Source: an archaeon
GTDB taxonomy: Archaea; Iainarchaeota; Iainarchaeia; Iainarchaeales; CSSED10-239
Direction: 5' to 3'
Assembly (NCBI GenBank): GCA_035390665.1
Contig: DAOOUC010000019.1
Location: 1-8,602, forward strand
DNA length: 8,602 bases
Shown: positions 1 through 5,623 of the stretch, piece by piece
Numbering within the stretch: the first letter of the stretch is position 1
Layout: each line of letters begins with the position of its first letter
Position numbers and translations under genes: made by a program
The notes under the pieces: generated by a model
What the model saw: only the letters and a program-made list of their open reading frames with translations
Told to the model about the DNA's origin: nothing
The model's database searches: none

Positions 1-243
1 GAAAACACATTAAAAGAACTTGAAAAAACAAAAGAAGAAAAAGTCTATAAAGGCGTAGGCAATGTTTTTATTTATTCTGATAAATCAGAAGTAATTAAAG
101 ATACAAAAGATTTAAAGGACACACTTGATTTAAGAATAAAAAACATACAAAAACAAGAAGATGCTATTTTAAAAAAAATAAACTCATCTTCAAAGCCAAA
201 ATCAAATAAAGATGAAGACGATGAAATCGAAGGAGTACAATAG
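1..243 (+). CDS. pfdB: prefoldin beta subunit, C-terminal part (5' end lies outside the window)
   Basis: Frame 1 is open from base 1 to TAG at 241-243. It is absent from the ORF track because it has no start in the window. The translation ...EEKVYKGVGNVFIYSDKSEVIKDTKDLKDTLDLRIKNIQKQEDAILKKI... follows the archaeal prefoldin-beta pattern (VYKxxGNxLI, then a coiled coil ...LxLRxKxxExQEExxxKK), recalled from methanogen PfdB. It ends in an acidic low-complexity tail. Confidence 0.75.
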   Translation, partial: ENTLKELEKTKEEKVYKGVGNVFIYSDKSEVIKDTKDLKDTLDLRIKNIQKQEDAILKKINSSSKPKSNKDEDDEIEGVQ

Positions 244-245
244 AA

Positions 246-665
246 TCATTTTAAATAAATGATTTTATTTCCGTCTTTTATTTTCTTTCTTTTTGAATAT
301 TTAATTAAGTAGTGAATCTTACTTTTTGGAATTCCAAGTTTCTTTTCAAGATCTCTATAACTATAATCTTTATATTGTTGTAAAATTTTTTGAAGTTTTT
401 CTACCTTAATATCAATTGGCCTTCCTTGTTCTTTTCTAATTAGAACGATAATTCCTTTTTTCTTAATATATTCTTTTAAAGCCTTACTAATTCTTTCGTT
501 TGTGGAGTTAGAAACAGTAATTGTTTTTATTCTAGGGCATCTTGTTAATATCTTTGAAAGATTTTTCTTAGAGAAAGCTCTAGTGATATGTAACTCTTCA
601 CAATTAGTAGCTATACTACTGATTTTTGTAAAATCTGAAAGTGTGTCTTTAAATATTTGTGCCAT
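246..665 (-). CDS. small hypothetical protein with a C-terminal helix-turn-helix; N-terminal part resembles archaeal DUF1699-type proteins
   Basis: 139-aa ORF with an ATG start. The C-terminal YSYRDLEKKLGIPKSKIHYLIKYS looks like a resolvase/Hin-type HTH. The N-terminal LHITRAFSKKNLSKILTRCPRIKTITVSNS...ISKALKEYIKKKGIIVLIRKEQGRPIDI resembles my recollection of DUF1699 proteins (HLxF...CPKIxxIQLP...GxRKDI). That match is unverified. Confidence 0.6.
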   Translation of the reverse strand: MAQIFKDTLSDFTKISSIATNCEELHITRAFSKKNLSKILTRCPRIKTITVSNSTNERISKALKEYIKKKGIIVLIRKEQGRPIDIKVEKLQKILQQYKDYSYRDLEKKLGIPKSKIHYLIKYSKRKKIKDGNKIIYLK

Positions 666-820
666 ATTTTTTCTTGTTTGTCCAACATAAAATACAATAT
701 ATATAATTGGAAGAATAGATTTATAAACAAATCTTGTTATTTAAAAAAATAAGGATATATATACATTTAAAAAAGTAATTTCCTATCAATATTACATAAA
801 TTAAAGAAAAGAGAAAATAT
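666..820. promoter_or_regulatory. divergent intergenic region holding the promoters of the 246-665 (-) and 821-2560 (+) genes
   Basis: 155 nt of non-coding, extremely AT-rich sequence lie between two divergent starts. Several TATA-like runs are present (ATATATATAA near 699-708, GATATATATACATTTAAAAAA near 754-774). Individual boxes cannot be assigned without TSS data. Confidence 0.35.
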
Positions 821-2560
821 ATGATTCAATCGTTCTTACTAAGTTTTGGTATAATTATTCTTTTTGCAACAGTCATGCTTTACGTTTTTACAAAATTAAA
901 ACAACCACCATTACTAGCATTTATACTTACAGGAATTGTAATTGGCCCGATGGTTCTAGGGTTAGTTACTAATACTGCAGAAATTGCAATAATGGTAGAG
1001 ATTGGAATCGCATTTTTGCTTTTTAGTGTAGGCCTTGGAACTGATTTAAAAGAACTAAAAAAGATTAATCTTGGTTTAATTCTGTTACCAATTGTTAATA
1101 TAATATTTACTGCAGTGATTTTTTTAATTTTAAAAAACACACTTGTTATTGACACAATACAGGCACTTTATTTATCTTTTATAGTTTCTTTTAGTTCTAC
1201 AATGCTTATTGCAAAGATTTTACTTGATACCTTTAAAATGGACTCTTTAGAAGGTAGATTAACCATAGGTATTTTACTGATTGAAGATCTTATTGCAATA
1301 ATTGCAATACCTTTGTTGAAAAACATAAACAATTTAACAGCTTGGTTGATTGTTGGAATTTTTATTAAAACTGCTCTTCTGATTATTATAGCAGTAATTC
1401 TTAATAAAATTATATATCCTTATATTATTAAAAACGCATATAAATCAGATCAAAGTTTTTTCTTACTTTCTATTGCAAGTTGTTTTCTATTTATTTTGTT
1501 ATCTAGTCTATTAGATTTTCCAATAGCAGTGGGCGCATTCTTTGGAGGTCTTGCAATCTCTATTTATCCTTATAATTATGAAATTTCAAGTAAGATTTCA
1601 GGAATTAGAAATTTATTGACTACAATTGTCTTTGTTTCTCTTGGAATGAAATTGTCTTTTAATTTTTCTAGTAATTTATTATTATTGATTGTTTTATTTA
1701 TCTTGGTATTAGTAATAAAACCAATAATTCACTTCTTCTTTGTTTTGTTTTCAGGATATGGAACAAAAACTTCTTTTGGTGTTGCAACATATAAAGCACA
1801 AATAAGTGAATTTTCTTTGATTTTAGCAATGCAAGGAGTTGCACTAGGACAATTAACAAATGGGCAATATAGTGCAATAATAATTGCTACGTCTTTGTCC
1901 ATGCTTTTAACTCCATATCTTATAACCTATCAATTACCAATTTATAATTATTTAAAAAAATATCTAAACAAATTAGATAATAATAAAAAATTTACAAAAC
2001 AAATCGATTCCTTAAATAATGTATCTAAGGAAGTAGAAAATCATTTAGTTATTGTTGGCTCAGATGTAACAGGTGAAGCAATAATTAAAGTGTTAGGAAA
2101 AGAAATATATAATCCGATAGTAATTGTAGATTTAGACCCAGATAAGATAGAAAAAGTAGACAAAAGAAGAATATCTACAATTTGCGGAGACGTTAATTAT
2201 ATTGAAGTGTTTAATGCATTAAATATAAAAAAATCAGAATTAATAATAATTACTGTGTCAGATTTTGATACAACTGCAAGATTTATAAAAAACGTAAGAA
2301 AAGAAAATAATAAAGTTCCAATTTTTGCAAGAGCGCACACAAAAAAGGAAGCCTATAAATTATACGAATTAGGTGCAGAAATTGTAATTTTACCAAAAGT
2401 ATTAGAATCAAATTATCTATTAGAAAAAACATATGACTTTTTAAAAAATGGTTTAGAATCTAATAATGCTTTGAGATCAAGATATATGGAATATTTGAAA
2501 AAAGAAATGGTTAAGGAACATCATACAATAAGAAAAAAAGAATCAAAATTTGGTTTGTGA
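821..2560 (+). CDS. CPA2-family monovalent cation:proton antiporter (Kef/NapA-like) with a C-terminal RCK/TrkA-N domain
   Basis: 579 aa. The first ~380 aa are almost entirely hydrophobic helices with Na+/H+-exchanger family signatures (GIVIGPMVLGL; EIGIAFLLFSVGLGTDLKEL; LIEDLIAI; FFGGLAIS). The C-terminal ~170 aa form a Rossmann-like RCK domain (HLVIVGSDVTGEAIIKVL...PIVIVDLDPDKIE...GDV...II ITV). Confidence 0.85.
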   Translation: MIQSFLLSFGIIILFATVMLYVFTKLKQPPLLAFILTGIVIGPMVLGLVTNTAEIAIMVEIGIAFLLFSVGLGTDLKELKKINLGLILLPIVNIIFTAVIFLILKNTLVIDTIQALYLSFIVSFSSTMLIAKILLDTFKMDSLEGRLTIGILLIEDLIAIIAIPLLKNINNLTAWLIVGIFIKTALLIIIAVILNKIIYPYIIKNAYKSDQSFFLLSIASCFLFILLSSLLDFPIAVGAFFGGLAISIYPYNYEISSKISGIRNLLTTIVFVSLGMKLSFNFSSNLLLLIVLFILVLVIKPIIHFFFVLFSGYGTKTSFGVATYKAQISEFSLILAMQGVALGQLTNGQYSAIIIATSLSMLLTPYLITYQLPIYNYLKKYLNKLDNNKKFTKQIDSLNNVSKEVENHLVIVGSDVTGEAIIKVLGKEIYNPIVIVDLDPDKIEKVDKRRISTICGDVNYIEVFNALNIKKSELIIITVSDFDTTARFIKNVRKENNKVPIFARAHTKKEAYKLYELGAEIVILPKVLESNYLLEKTYDFLKNGLESNNALRSRYMEYLKKEMVKEHHTIRKKESKFGL

Positions 2561-2564
2561 GAAT

Positions 2565-3146
2565 ATGATAATATTAATTTGTGGATTTTCAGCATCTGGA
2601 AAAAGCTATCTAGTAAATTTTGTTGCAAAGAAGTTTAATTATAATTATGTTCATACATCTGATATTTTAAATCAGTTTGCACAAGGCGTCCCTGAAAAAA
2701 AAATACAAATAGAGAATACAAAAAGAAATGACGGATGGTATGAATTTTCAGGACTTGACACAAAAAGAAAAATCAACCACGATCTTGATAAGAAACTAGA
2801 TCAATTTTTAGTAAAACTAGTTAAGAAAAAAGACAATCTTGTTTTAGATTCTTGGACTCTACCTTATCTTATTAAAGACGACTCAAAGATAATAAAAATT
2901 TGGTTAGATGCAACAGAAAAAGAAAGAGCAAAAAGACTTTCTTTAAGAGATAAAATTACTTTTACAAAAGCACATAAGCTTCTAAAAGAAAAAGACAAGT
3001 TTTCTAAAGTTCATTTTCAGAAACTTTATGGTTTTAATTTAGGAAAAGATAAACAAGTTTTTGATTTAGTGATTAACACAACACCACTTAGTATAAAAGA
3101 AGTAGAAGCAAAAACACTTAATTTTTTAAAAAAGAAAATCAAATGA
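2565..3146 (+). CDS. cmk: archaeal-type cytidylate (CMP) kinase / P-loop nucleoside monophosphate kinase
   Basis: P-loop ICGFSASGKS at the N-terminus. The C-terminal half KIWLDATEKERAKRLSLRD...KLYGFNL...FDLVINT matches the archaeal CMP-kinase pattern (KIWLxAxxExRAxRxxxR...YGxD...DLVINT, recalled from Pyrococcus Cmk). The track starts the ORF at TTG 2550. The first ATG is at 2565, 4 nt after the antiporter stop, gives MIILICG... and is preferred. Confidence 0.7.
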   Translation: MIILICGFSASGKSYLVNFVAKKFNYNYVHTSDILNQFAQGVPEKKIQIENTKRNDGWYEFSGLDTKRKINHDLDKKLDQFLVKLVKKKDNLVLDSWTLPYLIKDDSKIIKIWLDATEKERAKRLSLRDKITFTKAHKLLKEKDKFSKVHFQKLYGFNLGKDKQVFDLVINTTPLSIKEVEAKTLNFLKKKIK

Positions 3147-3966
3147 TTTTTTCTTTAAGTTTTTTGATTACAGAATAATCTACAGTATATTTTCCTATAA
3201 TATTCTCCGGAAAATAATCAAGTCCGTGAAAATCAGAACCACCAGTTTCAATTAAATCAAATCTTTTTGTAATTTCTTTACAATTGTCTAAGAATTTTTC
3301 GTGTTTTGTTTCATGTGGCCCAGTTGTTTCAACACCAACAAGTCCATATCCAGAAAGTTTAGATAGGTAATTTTCAGAATCGTTTCTCAAAGATAGAGGC
3401 AGATACCATGGGTGTGGTAAAACAGATACACCGCCTGCGTTTTTAATTTCTGCAATTACTTTTTTTGTACTTACTCTTTTTGGTTTATAGCACGCATTTA
3501 TTTTTTTAATAATATTAGTAAAAGCATCAGGAAGATCTTTAGCATACCCCTTTCTTTTTAGTTCTAAAGCAAGGTGTGTTGCCATAAGGTTTTGTGTAGG
3601 TCCAGTGAATTTTAGAACGTCTTCAATTTCTACATTATAACCATTATCTTTAAGCCAATAAATCTTTTGAACCATTACATCATTTATTGATTTTTTATTT
3701 TCTTCAAGTATTTTTAATAAAGGTTCATAAGTTGTATCAAAAAAATAAGCTAAAATTTCTGTTGCTTCACAATTAATTTCCACGCCAGTAATTAATTCAA
3801 TCTTTTCTTTTTCTGCAATTTTTTGAGCAATAGGTAAAGCATCTAAACAATTATGATCTGTTATTGCTATTGCTTTAAGTCTGTTCTGTTTAGCACACTT
3901 AATCACAAAATCAGGAGAATGAAATCCGTCTGTGAAATGTGTGTGTGTGTGTAAATCACATCTCAT
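3139..3966 (-). CDS. PHP-domain metal-dependent phosphoesterase (TrpH/YciV-like, COG0613-type)
   Basis: 275 aa. The N-terminal MRCDLHTHTHFTDG is the canonical PHP motif (DLHxHTxxSDG). Further metal-ligand motifs are ITDHN, the E in TGVEI, LPHP and GGSDFHG. AGGAG lies 8 nt upstream of the ATG and overlaps the histone stop codon. Confidence 0.85.
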   Translation of the reverse strand: MRCDLHTHTHFTDGFHSPDFVIKCAKQNRLKAIAITDHNCLDALPIAQKIAEKEKIELITGVEINCEATEILAYFFDTTYEPLLKILEENKKSINDVMVQKIYWLKDNGYNVEIEDVLKFTGPTQNLMATHLALELKRKGYAKDLPDAFTNIIKKINACYKPKRVSTKKVIAEIKNAGGVSVLPHPWYLPLSLRNDSENYLSKLSGYGLVGVETTGPHETKHEKFLDNCKEITKRFDLIETGGSDFHGLDYFPENIIGKYTVDYSVIKKLKEKII

Positions 3967-3977
3967 TAATATTTCTC

Positions 3978-4187
3978 CTACTGCATGGTCTTTGTTGCAA
4001 GCTTTATGTCTTCTCCAGTTACTGTTTTTCTTTTAGCGTGCCTTGCAAGTTCAATTGCTTGTTTAGAGATATCTTGAGCAACTTCTTCTAAAATTCTTCC
4101 AAGCTCTTCTGCTGCATCTTCAGACACTCTTTCGGCTCCAGCTTTTCTAATAAGTCTATCAAGTGCTGCAATTGGTAAATCAGTCAT
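3978..4187 (-). CDS. archaeal histone (HMf/HMt family, histone fold)
   Basis: MTDLPIAALDRLIRKAGAERVSEDAAEELGRILEEVAQDISKQAIELARHAKRKTVTGEDIKLATK aligns along its length with HMfA/B (ELPIAPIGRIIKxAGAERVSDDA...AxHAGRKTIKAEDIELA). The track start at 4196 is a GTG. The ATG at 4187 gives a typical 69-aa histone and is preceded by AGGAG. Confidence 0.9.
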   Translation of the reverse strand: MTDLPIAALDRLIRKAGAERVSEDAAEELGRILEEVAQDISKQAIELARHAKRKTVTGEDIKLATKTMQ

Positions 4188-4196
4188 AAAATACAC

Positions 4197-4321
4197 TCCT
4201 TTCTTAATTTTAATAAATATTTTCTCTTTATTTTATATATTATGTTATTAAAAACATTTATAAACCGTAATATCTAAAATATATAATAAAGAACGTTTTT
4301 TTAGAGAAACGAGGCAAATTT
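4197..4321. promoter_or_regulatory. divergent promoter region for the histone operon (-) and the 4322-5206 gene (+)
   Basis: 125-nt AT-rich spacer between divergent starts. TATA-like elements are TTTATATATTAT (about 4230-4243, readable on both strands) and AAAATATATAATAAA (about 4276-4290, roughly 35-45 nt before ATG 4322). A GAGG lies 8 nt before ATG 4322. Confidence 0.4.
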
Positions 4322-5206
4322 ATGACATTATTAGATTCTATTCTTTTGCAGATAAATCAAAAGAAAACAACATTTAATGAATTACTTACAAGAATTATAC
4401 CAAATTATTCAAGTGTAGAATCAGCAAGAGCCGCCCTTTCAAGGGTTATAAAAAATCTAGTGTCTTTTGAGTATATTCAAAAAACAGAAGACTTCTATGA
4501 GATAACAGAGAAAGGAAAAAAAATTGTTGAATCAAAGCTTCAAGACAAGATGCTTAATAATATAAATAGTATAAACGATCTTTTACAAAAATCACAGCCA
4601 TCAAAATCATTACAATATCTTGATGATGTTGTTAAGAATTTACAAATATTTTTAGAAAGATCAAAAGAAGATTCTACTCTTTTAAAGATTGGTAAAACAA
4701 GTGCAACATTTTACATCTCTGATCTTTTGATTCTAAAAGAAACTGTTGAAAAAAGATTAAGTAATTTTCAAAATACATTAGATAGACAAATAAATGTTTT
4801 AAAAGAATTAAATTTTGAAGATCAATTTGTTGCTAATCTTGACAATAATGCATTTGAGCTTATTAAAGAGATTGCAAAAGAAAATTCAATAACAGAAATT
4901 ATTATTGATTGTGATAAGACAGACATTAACTCAGCAATGCTTTTTGAAAACCATTCAGAATTTACAAAAAAACCAGACAATGTTTTTATTTTAAAGATTA
5001 ATGATATTGATATATTAAAAACATTATTATTATCTAAATTAGACATAATAATGCAAACAAAATTTAAAATTTATCTTAAAGAAGTAGTTGTATATTTAAG
5101 AGTTGGTAGATTTTATTTCACAGGTCCATTTTCACAAGTAAATCAAATTAAAGAAAAATACGGTAAGTACACAGATACAGAAAAAAAAGACAAAATCATA
5201 TCGTGA
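4322..5206 (+). CDS. hypothetical protein with an N-terminal winged-helix DNA-binding-like domain, a central coiled-coil-like segment and an unassigned C-terminal domain
   Basis: 294-aa ORF with an ATG start, coding-like composition and no competing ORF. Residues ~15-70 (TTFNELLTRIIPNYSSVESARAALSRVIKNLVSFEYIQKTEDFYEITEKGKKIV) read as helix-turn-helix plus a beta wing, as in MarR/TrmB-type wHTH domains. I cannot assign the remainder to a family. Confidence 0.6.
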   Translation: MTLLDSILLQINQKKTTFNELLTRIIPNYSSVESARAALSRVIKNLVSFEYIQKTEDFYEITEKGKKIVESKLQDKMLNNINSINDLLQKSQPSKSLQYLDDVVKNLQIFLERSKEDSTLLKIGKTSATFYISDLLILKETVEKRLSNFQNTLDRQINVLKELNFEDQFVANLDNNAFELIKEIAKENSITEIIIDCDKTDINSAMLFENHSEFTKKPDNVFILKINDIDILKTLLLSKLDIIMQTKFKIYLKEVVVYLRVGRFYFTGPFSQVNQIKEKYGKYTDTEKKDKIIS

Positions 5207-5218
5207 ACCTAGTACCAA

Positions 5219-5273
5219 AGAATCGCAGATGACTGCGAAAATCATTGCGCACGAATCGCGCGAAACCGATTCT
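5219..5273 (+). other. GC-rich structured element or long 5' leader directly abutting tRNA-Gly (unclassified RNA structure)
   Basis: This stretch and the tRNA are the only non-coding GC-rich sequence in an AT-rich window. Stems seen: TCGCAG(5223-5228)/CTGCGA(5233-5238) with an ATGA loop; GAATCG(5253-5258)/CGATTC(5267-5272); alternative AGAATCG(5219-5225)/CGATTCT(5267-5273); TGCGC(5246-5250)/GCGCG(5258-5262) with a 7-nt loop. Confidence 0.3.
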
Positions 5274-5344
5274 GCAATCATAGTCTAGCGGTAGGATGCA
5301 AGCTTCCCAAGCTTGCGACTCGGGTTCGAATCCCGGTGATTGCA
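5274..5344 (+). tRNA. tRNA-Gly (anticodon CCC)
   Basis: Manual cloverleaf over 71 nt. Acceptor stem GCAATCA/TGATTGC (7 bp); U8; D-arm GTCT-AGCGGTA-GGAT with A14, G18 G19 and A21. Anticodon arm CAAGC-TTCCCAA-GCTTG with U33, CCC and A37. 4-nt variable loop; T-arm TCGGG-TTCGAAT-CCCGG; discriminator A. No CCA is encoded and there is no intron. Confidence 0.9.
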
Positions 5345-5407
5345 TTTCAGCCTTTTAAGAAAAGGCACGGTGCCAAAAACGACTGGTTCCAAAAGAAAAG
5401 ACTTTTT

Positions 5408-5623
5408 ATGAAACTTGGAATTTATAAGCACTACAAAGGAAAGATTGTAGAAGTGATTGGTGTTGGAAAGCACACAGAAACTTTAGACAATTTTGTAATC
5501 TATAAAGAAGGAAAAAACTTTTGGTTAAGACCAGAAAAGATGTTTAAAGAAAAAATAATTGTAAATGGAAAATTAATTCCAAGATTTAAATATTTAAAAG
5601 AAAAAGGATGTGAAAAAAAATGA
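5408..5623 (+). CDS. DUF1653-like small protein
   Basis: MKLGIYKHYKGKIVEVIGVGKHTETLDNFVIYKE...FWLRPEKMFKEKIIVNGKLIPRFKYL fits the DUF1653 pattern (YRHYKGxxYxVxxxAxHSETxExxVVY...WVRPxxMF...VPRF). The track start at 5336 (GTG) lies inside the tRNA gene and is rejected. ATG 5408 is in the same frame. Its TGA stop overlaps the next ATG (ATGA at 5620-5623). Confidence 0.7.
   Translation: MKLGIYKHYKGKIVEVIGVGKHTETLDNFVIYKEGKNFWLRPEKMFKEKIIVNGKLIPRFKYLKEKGCEKK

Noticed and set aside
502-690. 62-aa ORF on the + strand
   Set aside because: It lies entirely antisense to the better-supported 246-665 gene. It has a low-complexity hydrophobic translation typical of shadow ORFs in AT-rich DNA, with no RBS or recognisable motif.
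880-1155. 91-aa ORF on the - strand
   Set aside because: It is antisense within the antiporter CDS, whose family signatures are clear. It is a shadow ORF.
2550-2564. Alternative upstream starts given by the ORF track (TTG 2550 for cmk; likewise GTG 4196 for the histone and TTG 7011 for the DUF4349-like gene)
   Set aside because: In each case an in-frame ATG a few codons downstream gives the family-typical N-terminus. For the histone and DUF4349 genes, that ATG also sits at the proper distance from an AGGAG/GGAGG site.
3938-3952. (TG)7 dinucleotide microsatellite, a possible slipped-strand phase-variation site
   Set aside because: On the coding strand it is CAC ACA CAC ACA CAT. This encodes the H-T-H-T-H stretch that includes the essential PHP metal-binding HxH motif. 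The repeat is a by-product of codon choice, and any slippage would destroy the enzyme's N-terminus rather than switch it reversibly.
4822-5046. 74-aa ORF on the - strand
   Set aside because: It is antisense inside the 294-aa CDS, with an Asn/Ile/Ser-rich low-complexity translation and no start context.
5226-5273. Reading the tRNA-upstream element as a C/D-box sRNA co-transcribed with the tRNA
   Set aside because: AGATGA (5227-5232) is only a near-match to the C box (UGAUGA). There is no CUGA D box at the 3' side (CTGC instead), and no C'/D' pair with guide-length spacing.
5219-5273. Reading the element as a second, reduced tRNA (7-bp outer stem plus a 5-bp stem with a 7-nt loop)
   Set aside because: There is no T-arm and the D-arm equivalent is only 3 bp. 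The would-be anticodon loop ACGAATC lacks U33 and a purine at position 37. It does not satisfy cloverleaf rules.
5285-5473. 62-aa ORF on the - strand, and the GTG-5336 extension of the + strand 95-aa ORF
   Set aside because: Both run through the tRNA-Gly gene (5274-5344). The real + strand CDS starts at ATG 5408, where the DUF1653-like similarity begins.
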